DNA from: Octopus sinensis
Lineage: Eukaryota
Direction of reading: 5' to 3'
Assembly (NCBI RefSeq): GCF_006345805.1
Contig: NC_043005.1
Location: forward strand, 83,452,001 to 83,516,000
DNA length: 64,000 nt
Under the pieces are notes generated by a model. That model saw nothing but the letters and a program-made list of their open reading frames with translations. It searched no databases and had not been told where the DNA came from. Position numbers and translations under genes: made by a program. Below are positions 52,001-61,239 of the stretch, in pieces (within the stretch, counting starts at the first letter, position 1; every line of letters starts with the position of its first letter).

Positions 52001-55000
52001 ACACCACGTTTGTTTCAACTATTAAACTACCACATCTGAAGCTTGTTCTCTCCGCATTTTCTTAAAAAGTTCTATGACAAACAACTTTATATTTTGCAAA
52101 GCAGTTCCTTCGTAGGCAAGGTCATGTGGTTCAAAAGTTTGTTTTTTTACAATCAGGTAATTTTTAGTTACACCAAAAAGTAGGATATTTTAGGGATTTG
52201 TCTTCTATCATAATTTCGAGACAACCTAACTTTTATTAGGGACATTAAACAGACAGAAACTGAACAGAAGCCCATCAGAAGGATTGTACTTCATTTGGAG
52301 GGGTAAAAGTTAATCTCTGGCTCAATTAACCTTTTTGATATCAACCTGGCTGAAACTGCCTCTAGCTCTGTAGTAGAAATGTCTTGTTTTCGAAAGTTCC
52401 ACCAGACTTTAGTCACAATTTATGTTCCTAACTTAATGATAACTAAGTTATTTTACTAAATTCTTTGTTATATTTAAAATCAATTGAAAGAAACACAGAG
52501 CATCTCAGAATAAATACGGTAACGAAAGGGTTAAAGCAATTAAACCAGTCATATCTGGCCCAAATATTCAACTTGTTTTATGTTCAAACTGGCCCGATCT
52601 GGCCTCTCGTTCCTACCTTACTATGTTATTCTAAAAGTAAACAATCACAACATCATAATCTTGAAGATTCAAGATAATGCAGGATTAATTCAAAATAATG
52701 CAAATGAATAAATATTGCATTTGACAGAATAATTTGGATGCTGAAGGATTAACTGAAACCTCTGACTCTTCCTTACAGGTCTTCAACACAGTCCACTTCG
52801 TTGTAAGCATCTGGCTGTTTTAAGAATAACCCAAAAGTCATGGCTTTTTTATTCCTTTATCCACGCAACCTGCTGTGCTTGAGGAGACCTATTGAGTCAA
52901 GTACATCAACATCAAAATAAAAATCAAATGGAAGTGTAGTTGTGATACCTGTGCTGGTGACATGTAAAAAGCACTATCTGAACGCGATCAATACCAGGCC
53001 CACCTGACTGGCTCCCATGCCAGTGGCACATAAAAAGCACCCACTACACTCATGGAGTGGTTGGCATTAGGAAGGGCATCCAGCTGTAGAAACACTGCCA
53101 GATCAGACTGGAGCCTGGTGCAGCCTCCTGGCTTCCCAGACCCCGGTCGAACCGTCCAACCCATGTTGGCATGGAAAACGGATGTTAAACGATGATGATG
53201 ATGATGATGATTTTGGAGGACCTGCCAAAAAACAGTCATAGGTGCAACTCTTACTAACCTAAGCTATCACATTCAACAAGCATAAAAATTTCTCCAGGCA
53301 CTTCAATTCAATATGAGCATTATTCTTGACAGTGTCCTTGCCAATACCCTCAAACATCGTGTTCCCGAGTTGGTCTCTAGCTTCAACTGACTCAACATCT
53401 CTCTCAACAGATGTTCAAACCTATGGAAATAACAGAGGATCCAATTCCCCAAAAAGACAATTTCTCTGACCCTGTCCCATTGTGAAATATTTTTTTTTAT
53501 TCCATGTACACTGAATAGAATATAACGAATATATATATATATTTATACTGTATTTTATTTTAGGCAACTAATCATTTATGCAAACACAAATACAGTATGC
53601 ATGCTGGCTGAAGAACATATGCCTGTACACATGCAGAGCTTAGAGGCAAATATTCACCTACCAACACATTATAACAACTTGTTCTCAGATTTGCTGTTTC
53701 CTTTGTCTCTTCTAAGCATGTTGCATATCAATAGCTTCCTTTATCATTCCCAATGGATGTCAACCCACCAACCATTATCTTTTCTCCATAGAATTCTTCC
53801 AGAACTCTACCTAGCTCTCGATTCCTCTATATGCATCAACCTAAAGGATCAAGCTGAACATCAAGATGTTAACTTCACCAGTCTGAGAGGGGCCAGTAAA
53901 AGTCATCAGCATCACTCTTTCACCTCCAAGGAAAAGAAGAGGTTACTAGATTACATTCACCACAGTACTGGATCGAGACCTTAATTTATTGACCCAAGAA
54001 AATGAAAAACAAAGACAGCCTGATTTAAATTAATGATATGCTATAAGACATTCTTTTGTTTTATTCAGCCATTCCAGCACCTTCTTCTAACTAAATAAAA
54101 AAAAAATTGAAGTAAACCACAATTTAATTTCACAGGGTAGATTTCAACAAAATCCTAATACCCAAAACTGCTAGACTACTAGAAATAACAGCCAAATTGC
54201 CCTCAAATTTTACCCTACCATCTTTACAAAAAAAAAAGTGTAACTCTAAAAATACCAACATCAACAGATTCCATTTTGTTTGGTTAATAATCAATCATCA
54301 TTTTATATTCCACAAGATAGATGTCACCTATTCTCCCTCGTTCACTCTATCACAAAACATTTTTATTTCAAAAGATGTGAAATTGTTATATTGTTAGTAT
54401 CAAAGCACTAAGCAGATATTAAAAGCAAATACATTCAGGATAATATATATATACATACATATACACAGTGTTTCAAAAGTTATTATATACACTTCCTAAA
54501 TATTTTAAATTGTGAAGGTAAACACACACATACATACATGTGTGTGTTAAACACCCTGTATATCAGAAATCAAATTTAACATCAATAATCAAAATAAAGA
54601 AGATAAAATTTTAAAAAGTAACTAATATACATTAAAAACAAATTAGTTTTTTAATTTAAAATCATTTCAAATAGAAAATGTTAACAAAACTGCATAATCA
54701 TTATTTCTTGCCTATCTATGACCTACATCCACATCAGTCCAACAGGAGTAACTTAAAACATTTTAAATTAACAAGTATTGTACTTCTTCAAACTGTCTGT
54801 AGGTAATAATCATCCACACAAAATCCATGTGAATTATAACAGAGAGTAACGAATATTAAGTTTTAATCTGGTATGATGCATGCAATGTTAATGACTACAC
54901 AAACATTGTATTTGCCACTGCTTCATGCAATATTATCTCTAGCTTAACCAAGCTTTATGCACATCAGCAAACATTATATACTGTTTTAATAAGAATAATT

Positions 55001-58000
55001 TCATTCTTATAAGGCTGTGAATGACAGATTTGGCATTTGCAGATGATGAAACAAAAATGCAGGTGACATCATTCATGGCCGAGTCTCCTGTTTTCATACA
55101 TGTTTAAGAAGGGAATTTTCTCCCAAGATTATTCCCACAGCAACAGGTCTTCACACATTCAAATTCACTGTAACATGTTAAATCTGGTTATATTCAAATG
55201 TATTTCATTCACTGGTTCTTTGTGTGACATTTCTATAAACATATATTTGTTATAATGAACGAAATGCAATGTATATTGTAAACAATAATCAAAACCCAAA
55301 TAGAAAAGAAATATTGTGGTTATAAACTTACTATTTATTTTTAATTCTAGCTTCTTACATTGGTCCGTTTTCTGATGCAGTAAAGACACTACTTCTTCTC
55401 TCGAACAATTCTCTCTTGACTAGAAGAGAAAAAAAATCAATCAAAAGAAAATGAAAAACATCAGAAAATATCTAAAACCTTAACAATGCACAACTGATCC
55501 TAAAGATTTAAAGAAATATTATTATAATTAAATGTTAAGAGCAGTGTTAACTGGCAGAAACGGTAAAAACGCCAGACTTTATGGCATAGAGTTATGTCCC
55601 TTTAGTATAAAGCTTAACTTTCACAAGTTTGTAGTTCAACACGCGTGCATGCAGGTACAAAACAAGGTGGAGAAAATAGCAGTCAAATATCAAGGGTAGA
55701 GTCACATAATATTTTATTGAAGCTGAAAATACATCACAAATTGTTACTTTGAGTTTCATCAGACAGGCATGAGTATGTAAAGCAATATTATGGTTTAAGG
55801 CGGCGAGCTGGCAGAAACGTTAGCACGCAGGGCGAAATGCTTAGCGGTATTTTGTCTGTCTTTACGTTCTGAGTTCAAATTCCTCCGAGGTTGGCTCTGC
55901 CTTTCAGCCCTTCAGGGTCGATAAATTAAGTACTGGGGTCGATCTAATCGACTGAATCCCTTCCCCAAAAATTTCAGGCCTTGTGCCTAGAGTACAAAAG
56001 AATTTTAAGGCAGCGAGCTGGCAAAAGCGTCAGCATGCCGGACGAAATGCTTTGTGATATTTCGTCTGTCTATATGTTCTGAGTTCAAATTCCGCCGAGG
56101 TCGACTTTGCCTTTCATCCCTTCAGGGTCAATCTAATTGACTGACCTCCCCTCCCCCAAAATTCCGGGTCAGAATAACAGTTTGTGAAGTCTTTATAGCT
56201 TAGCTTCAATAAAATACTTTGAACATTAGGCCTCACGGAGGCAAAGTGGCTGACTTCCTTTCGAGTGTTGGGCCTCACGGAGGCAATGACCTAGACCTTT
56301 GGCATTATGTCGTGCTTGAGAAGACCCATCAAGCTGAGCAAAATCACAGTCGTGGTAGATACTGGTATCATGCCAATAGCATGTAAACACACCCATTACA
56401 CTCTCAGAGTGGTTGGCATTAGGAAGGGCAACCAGCTGTAGAAAACCATGCCAAATCAGACTGGAACCTGGTGCAGCCTTCCAGTGTGCCAGCCCAGTCA
56501 AACTGTCCAACCTATGCCACAATGGACGTTAAATGATGATGATGATATATAATTAGCAATAATAAGGTTAGTCAGAAGGAAAAGAACTGTTCCTTAGTTT
56601 ACTTATATACACTATAGCAGAAGACACTTGCCCAAGATGCCAAACAGTGGGACTGAACCCAAAACTATGTGGTTAGTAAGCAAACAAACTTGACCACACA
56701 GCCAAACTTGCACCTACTTTCAGAAATAATTCAGAAACTGGTTAGTTAGAAACAACAGTCCGTAAAGAAGCAGAGAAAATATAACAAGGCCAATACCCTT
56801 ACTGTGATGTCTTCACTGGATTGACTGTTTGGTGATGCAGCACTGCTTAAACCTGAATCAGTATCTGGCCACTCTTTCCCATGTTGGCTGCTCTGAGATG
56901 TAAATGGGGATCCTAAAAAGAATACAGATACAGTCGTGATTGAATTGGCAGCAGAGGCTACAAGGAAAAGCATCGCGCACACACACACACACACACCACA
57001 GCAATAACATAGAATGAATTTAATGCAGGCAAAAAAACAAAATACAAGCATGTGCTCGTGTATGCACATACAGGCATTAGAATTCTTGAAGATTGATGAG
57101 TTTTGTGTCAGCGAGGGTGAATTCAGTGAGAGAAAGAAAGAAATCAGATAATATGGTATACCATATTTATTTCTTTTTTTACACATATCACAGAAACCAA
57201 GGACAGAACTGACACAACTGTGGAAAATTAAATTTAAACTCGTATACACACAAATTAGAATTAAAGAAACATATATAGGTCAAGAAGAGGCAGGCATGGC
57301 TGTGGGATTAACCCTTTAGTGTTTAAACCGGCCATATCAGGCCAAAATTGTTTTCCTGTTTTATGCTGAAACCAGCCAGCTCTGACTTCTCACACCTACC
57401 CTACAAAGTCATTTTAAAAATAAACAGGGACATCATCAAAATCTCAGAGTTACAAGATGCTGTACAATTAATTTTAAACAATGTAATTAAATAGACTTTG
57501 CATTTGACAGAGTAATCTGAATGCTAAAGGGTTAAGTAGCTTGTTTCTTGACTATATGGTTTTGAGTTTGATTCCATTGTGTAACACTATGGAGCAAGCA
57601 TCTTCTACAACCATAGGCTTACAAAGCTTTATGAGTGGATTTGGTAGGCAGACAGTGAAAGAAGCAACATATATATATGTGTATATATACATATATGTGT
57701 ATATATATATGTGTATATATATATATATATATGTCTGTGTATGTCTATATGTGTGTGAGAATATGTATTTATGTATATGTGACCTGGTCTTTTAATCTGC
57801 CAACATCATGCCCTTCATTTCCAACCTTCTTTCAAGGGACCATTTCAGTCTATGGGGAAATATTTTCCTTGTTTGGCAATAGGAAGGACATTCGACCACA
57901 GAATCAATGAATTTTGTCCAACCCATGTAAGCATGGAAAAGTGGGTGTTAAAACAATGATGGTGAACACCACATAGATCATTACAGTTAGTGGTTATCTC

Positions 58001-59690
58001 CAATTTCTGAGATGCTAAGTGGCTGACAGACAAGTTTCCCACGGGACAGAGTGTCAGTTAATTGCAATACAAGACAACTGAACAATAGTCAATTTTACAG
58101 TGCATCCACTGTCTACATAAGGGAATTATTATTCCATTCTGAAACAGCTGTTAAAGTATAAATCTCAGCAGCTAAATCCGTCATTATCTGTCATGGTTAT
58201 GGACATGATATAATGTCAGTAACAGGATATGAACCACTGATCCCCTAGACTGGTATTTTGGTATCTTATTGATTCAACTAGCCATAGCTCCATCACAGAA
58301 AATGCAGACTTAAATGGAATCTAAATTATTGTTTGACTTGCTATAATTAATGCCTGCCTTTCATGCAGGAAGGCGTAGGATGTTTCAACAAGATCTGACG
58401 AGTTCAGGAACTGTGTTAAGCTCCACTGTCTGCTTTGACAGTTTTTTCTACAGCCTGATGCTGTTCCTAATGCCAGCCACTTTACAGAGTGTTGAGTGCT
58501 TTTCTTTTCATTCTTTTTCTTTTGTGTGTGGCACCAGTCACAAGAAAAATATATGGGATGGTCATGGAATGTAAGTATAGGTCTGCTTGATCAAGACTAA
58601 CCTGGATCTAATTAACAACTGCTCAAATGACACATGATAACGTAAATGTAAAAATGAAAGAAAAAAAAAGGCAAACAAAGCAAAATATAACAAGAAGGTA
58701 TTTGTGTAGGTGTGTACAAAAGGTTTATAAGATTTTTAAGATACATATAGACATGTGCTTACAATTACACAGATATGCTGTCTCATTTGGCTTCCTCTGA
58801 TATTTCCAAATGAAACGGGACTGTCATATTTCATTGCAACTACCAGGACTGTTGGTGATATGTGAATAGAAGTGGACAGGTAGACAAGGGATATATATAC
58901 TAACTGATGACCGACACACTGCACTTTACACAACTCTTTGTGATGTAGTATGGTACAGTTGAGTAGCAGAATGTGGTTCTAGTTCAAAGCACAATCCAGT
59001 GTTGGAGATGTAGATAGCTCCTGAAGCTGCATGGTCAGCAAACATCTATATTATAGCCAACATTTGAGTTTGCACATGACTGCACAAACTGCTAGAAACA
59101 ACAGTCAAATCTCCATAAACTCCCATGCTATTTTAACACAATGGAAAGAGAGAAGGAGACTGAATGGCCACAACTGGAATGCCTTTTGGTCAATTCAATC
59201 TGGGGTCGCTTAGAAGCTAAGCAAGAGCAATTACAGTTAAGGAACATTAAAAAACTAATTAGATATAATTATGCAACAGAGGTAAAAACAATATAAGGCA
59301 ATGACTAATATTTATTTTAATTTTTTTTCCTCATGAAAGAAAAACACCTTTACATATGTTTCCATGTTATTTTGACCTCATTAGTGAAATACTTTGCAGT
59401 ATACTATAGTTCTACACTTGCTGATTGAGTCATGAGGAGGAGACGTGACATAAAATATATTAGCATATGTTAATAAGTTCACTGTTCACAATATCCAAGT
59501 GACATTCAACAAACTAGCATTACATTCAAAGAGACAAATAATCAAAGAAAATAATATATTTATAAAAACCTTGAAATTTGTTGACAGGACTTGCCAACCC
59601 TGGTCCCCCACCAGTTGTAATAAAAGTCTTGTCCACATCATTCACATTGCCTCCTTCTTCTTGGATTCTCTTTTTTAATCGAGCAAACAT
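9861..59690 (-). CDS. GOLGA1: Golgin subfamily A member 1 (golgin-97), 20 coding exons, ~832 aa; long coiled coil with C-terminal GRIP domain
   Basis: Manual splice assembly: join(59570-59690, 56803-56912, 55332-55419, 48875-48934, 46365-46429, 43045-43173, 41457-41605, 38986-39097, 34663-34791, 33462-33557, 32760-32855, 28644-28739, 25230-25382, 21802-21897, 20737-20826, 19416-19518, 17284-17465, 14742-14852, 12117-12470, 9861-10019) = 2499 nt, in frame. The N-terminus [12 protein letters not shown], internal [17 protein letters not shown] and the C-terminal GRIP sequence match my recollection of human golgin-97 (MFARLKKKIAEE; DELEGFQQQELSKIKHM; [13 protein letters not shown]...[12 protein letters not shown]). 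Confidence 0.93.
10206..11420 (-). mobile_element. Mariner (Tc1/mariner) transposon, 1215 bp, defective transposase, in the last GOLGA1 intron
   Basis: 37-bp TIRs cgaggggc(g/a)ttcaataagtaatgcccctgacccactt (1 mismatch) and TA TSDs at 10204-5 and 11421-2. The transposase starts at ATG 11271 (HTH; WISRLL; ITQDKTW; QDNAPVH), with frameshifts and loss of the HPPYSPD motif. Confidence 0.95.
12117..12470 (-). CDS. GOLGA1: GOLGA1 penultimate coding exon: [21 protein letters not shown], linker, and N-half of the GRIP domain ([22 protein letters not shown])
   Basis: ttattttctgcag/ACA...GAA/gtaagt; 354 nt; contains the conserved GRIP Tyr implicated in Arl1 binding. Confidence 0.95.
14742..14852 (-). 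CDS. GOLGA1: GOLGA1 exon ([37 protein letters not shown])
   Basis: ttattcttacccag/ATT...AAG/gtgagt; 111 nt, phase 0-0; ends like human LLEKNK. Confidence 0.92.
17284..17465 (-). CDS. GOLGA1: GOLGA1 exon ([61 protein letters not shown])
   Basis: ttttttattttgtag/AG AAA...CAG/gtaggg; 182 nt, phase 1 to 0. Confidence 0.9.
19416..19518 (-). CDS. GOLGA1: GOLGA1 exon ([34 protein letters not shown])
   Basis: gcattttcag/CTA...GAAG/gtaagt; 103 nt, phase 0 to 1. Confidence 0.9.
20737..20826 (-). CDS. GOLGA1: GOLGA1 exon ([30 protein letters not shown])
   Basis: ctgtctcttccag/AAT...AAG/gtaggt; 90 nt, phase 0-0. Confidence 0.9.
21802..21897 (-). CDS. GOLGA1: GOLGA1 exon ([32 protein letters not shown])
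   Basis: ttcttctttatttaag/GCT...CAG/gtaaaa; 96 nt, phase 0-0. Confidence 0.88.
25230..25382 (-). CDS. GOLGA1: GOLGA1 exon ([51 protein letters not shown])
   Basis: tcttgattttag/AGA...ATT/gtaagt; 153 nt, phase 0-0. Confidence 0.9.
25487..25707. mobile_element. TTAA-flanked piggyBac-type MITE, family 1 (CCCTTTAGCATT...TAAAGGG)
   Basis: TTAA at 25483-6 and 25708-11. Other copies: 26853-27072 (opposite orientation), 57312-57531, and degenerate 52535-52748. Confidence 0.85.
25747..25974. mobile_element. TTAA-flanked piggyBac-type MITE, family 2 (CCTTTTTGTTACC...GTATCACAAAGG)
   Basis: TTAA at 25743-6 and 25975-8. Other copies: 52330-52530, ~29330-29503 and ~33865-34070, plus fragments at ~26080, 28810 and 29100. 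Confidence 0.75.
26853..27072. mobile_element. TTAA MITE family 1 copy
   Basis: TTAA|CCCTTTAATG...TGCTAAAGGG|TTAA. Confidence 0.85.
28644..28739 (-). CDS. GOLGA1: GOLGA1 exon ([32 protein letters not shown])
   Basis: ttttctcgtag/ATT...GAG/gtatgt; 96 nt, phase 0-0. Confidence 0.9.
31047..31557. mobile_element. TTAA-flanked non-autonomous DNA transposon, 511 bp
   Basis: TTAA|TCCCTTGA...TCAAGGGA|TTAA; subterminal repeated motif ATTT(A/G)CGT at ~31145, 31181, 31490 and 31533. Confidence 0.65.
32760..32855 (-). CDS. GOLGA1: GOLGA1 exon ([32 protein letters not shown])
   Basis: tttttcctcaattctcag/ATC...CAG/gtatat; 96 nt, phase 0-0. Confidence 0.9.
33462..33557 (-). CDS. GOLGA1: GOLGA1 exon ([32 protein letters not shown])
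   Basis: tttcattttccag/AGG...CAG/gtaagg; 96 nt, phase 0-0. Confidence 0.92.
34663..34791 (-). CDS. GOLGA1: GOLGA1 exon ([43 protein letters not shown])
   Basis: tcatttcag/ATG...GAG/gtaagt; 129 nt; resembles human [36 protein letters not shown]. Confidence 0.92.
35890..37275 (-). mobile_element. RTE-clade LINE ORF2 internal fragment (reverse transcriptase), truncated at both ends
   Basis: [71 protein letters not shown] (decayed YADD) and a Cys-rich segment; contains stops and frameshifts. Confidence 0.93.
38986..39097 (-). CDS. GOLGA1: GOLGA1 exon ([37 protein letters not shown])
   Basis: ttcttcactaattag/C AAT...CAG/gtacgt; 112 nt, phase 2 to 0. Confidence 0.9.
39467..39720. repeat. 254-bp loop-less near-perfect palindrome (probable TA-flanked foldback MITE)
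   Basis: Arms start TAGAATGGTTGTATACTGTCAATTTAACGTGACAGTAGGGG and end in the exact reverse complement. The centre is TTTAC|GTAAA at 39593/39594. Confidence 0.92.
41457..41605 (-). CDS. GOLGA1: GOLGA1 exon ([49 protein letters not shown])
   Basis: ctttttctttcttag/CTT...GAAAG/gtttgt; 149 nt, phase 0 to 2. Confidence 0.9.
43045..43173 (-). CDS. GOLGA1: GOLGA1 exon ([43 protein letters not shown])
   Basis: ttctccttgaacag/GAA...TTG/gtaagg; 129 nt; clear similarity to human golgin-97. Confidence 0.93.
43744..46186 (-). mobile_element. 5'-truncated CR1/L2-type LINE (partial APE endonuclease + RT) with (TTA)n tail
   Basis: Starts at the endonuclease GDFNH motif. Contains [74 protein letters not shown] and [14 protein letters not shown]. 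The tail is at 43744-43770. A few frameshifts. Confidence 0.95.
46365..46429 (-). CDS. GOLGA1: GOLGA1 exon ([22 protein letters not shown])
   Basis: atttattgcag/GT TTA...ATT CAG/gtaaca; 65 nt, phase 1 to 0; coiled-coil character. Confidence 0.85.
48585..48718. repeat. 37-bp minisatellite, ~3.6 copies (GATGAAGATTTGCAGAAAAGATGTAGATATGCTTGCA)
   Basis: Units start at 48585, 48622, 48659 and 48696; head-to-tail with no spacers. Confidence 0.92.
48875..48934 (-). CDS. GOLGA1: Probable GOLGA1 exon ([19 protein letters not shown]), symmetric phase 1
   Basis: ccattttttcag/ATATTAAAG...GAAAATG/gttggt; 60 nt, frame-compatible and K/E-rich. No recognisable human homology, and the donor is weak. Confidence 0.55.
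55332..55419 (-). CDS. GOLGA1: GOLGA1 exon ([29 protein letters not shown])
   Basis: ttttctcttctag/TCA...AATA/gtaagt; 88 nt, phase 0 to 1; resembles human [24 protein letters not shown]. Confidence 0.9.
56803..56912 (-). CDS. GOLGA1: GOLGA1 exon ([37 protein letters not shown])
   Basis: ttctttttag/GATCC...ATCACA/gtaagg; 110 nt, phase 1 to 0. Confidence 0.85.
57312..57531. mobile_element. TTAA MITE family 1 nested in the head of a family-A SINE
   Basis: gcaggcatggctgtggga TTAA|CCCTTTAG...TGCTAAAGGG|TTAA gtagcttg; removing it restores the SINE head. Confidence 0.88.
59570..59690 (-). CDS. GOLGA1: GOLGA1 first coding exon ([41 protein letters not shown])
   Basis: Acceptor ctctcttttcag then AAAG ATG; donor CAAG/gttttt, phase 1. 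The acceptor 4 nt upstream of the ATG implies a non-coding upstream exon. Confidence 0.9.
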
Positions 59691-61239
59691 CTTTCTGAAA
59701 AGAGAGCATAAAATTGCTATAGTACAGTTACTCTAAACCAACTAGTACAAAATTATCATCATCATAACCCCACCACTTCTCTATGCTTGCAAGAGTTTCA
59801 GGCTGATTTCATACAACCAGATGCCCTTCCAGACACAAAACTTCACCTGTTTACCAACTAAGGTGATATTTCCTCATGATTGGACATCTTTTCCTGCCAT
59901 TGTGTGATGAAGTTTGCTTTACACCGATGTGTCTTTGAGGTTCAATTCTATAGTGCAGCACCTTGGGCAAATTCTTACTACACTTTCAGGTTAAACAATG
60001 CTTTGTGAGTGGAAATTTAATAACAGATGGCAACTGTAATCATCATCATCATCATCATCGTCGTTTAACGTCCGTTCTCCATGCTAGCATGGGTTGGACG
60101 GTTCGACCGGGGTTCTGGGAAGCCAGAAGGCTGCACCAGGCTCCAGTCTAATTTGGCAATGTTTCTACAGCTGGATGCCCTTCCTAACGCCAACCACTCC
60201 GTGAGTGTAGTGGGTGTTTTTTACGTGCCACCTGCACAGGTGCCAGGCGGGGCTGGCAACGGCCATGGTCAGATTGGTGTATTTTATGTGCCACCGGCAC
60301 GGAAGCCAGACGGGCGGTGCTGGCATCGGCCACGAGTTGGATAGTGCTTTTTACGTACCACCAGACCAGGGATCCTGGCTGGTTCAATTCGATTTCGATT
60401 TCGCTTGCCCCAACATGTCTTCACAAGCAAAGGGGGTTGGCAAGGGTGCCTGTCGTACATATATCATCATTTTTACACCCACTTTTCTATGTTTGCAGAT
60501 GCTGGACAGATCCTTTCCAACACAGCATCTCACCATTCGTATTCTTTTGTCATATCCTTTTTTTCAGTTCAACATCTTGAAATCAGCTTTCACCACTCCT
60601 GAGGTCTTCCTTGATCTCCCTCCCACTTGGGTATCCTAGCTTTTCTTTACCCCTTCTGTTATCATGCATACACATACATGTCTATACCAACACTGTCTTC
60701 ACCCTTACACAGTACAAACAATTCCTTTTGTACTCAGTTTAACTCTCAGTTCATTTGTCCATATACACATCATCCATACACACATTACACAGCCAACAGA
60801 ACATGTTTGCCTCAACTCTTTCCAAGCATGGCACATTCTCAGCATTCAGTGTCCGCTACCATACATTTCACTACCATGCAGCCTTTCACTTCATACACAA
60901 GCAACATATAATCTACTCCTCACTCAAAGTGAGAATTCCCTCGTTACCAGTAGAATAACTTCCTGATCCTTTTTCATCCTGGAGTGAGGGGGTCTTGTCA
61001 TGTGAGTTACTTGGCAACTTCATTAATGCTAGTGCCATGAAAAAAGCACCCACAACTTGGTAAAAAAAATGGTTGGTGTTAGGAAAGACAACCAGCTATA
61101 GAAACCACACCAAAGCAGATGTTGGAGCTCAACACAGTCTTCTGGTATGTCAAATCTTGTTTAGTCATCTAAACCCTCACAAGCATGGAATGCAATAGTT
61201 AAACAATAACGGTTCTTATTTTGGCTAACTTGTGAGTGG

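Noticed and set aside
51850-52250. Possible decayed transposase or Penelope ORF remnant
   Set aside because: Only vague motifs (PC.RRNC) with many stops; cannot be assigned.
53270-53420. Coding-looking minus-strand stretch after ttatttccatag ([16 protein letters not shown]...)
   Set aside because: The open frame has a stop two codons after the acceptor and no phase-1-compatible exon with a good donor could be built.
54071-54090. Possible 6-10-nt microexon after tttttttttatttag (TTAGAAGAAG/gtgctg)
   Set aside because: Donor gtgctg is poor, the 10-nt form shifts frame, and read-through hits a stop.
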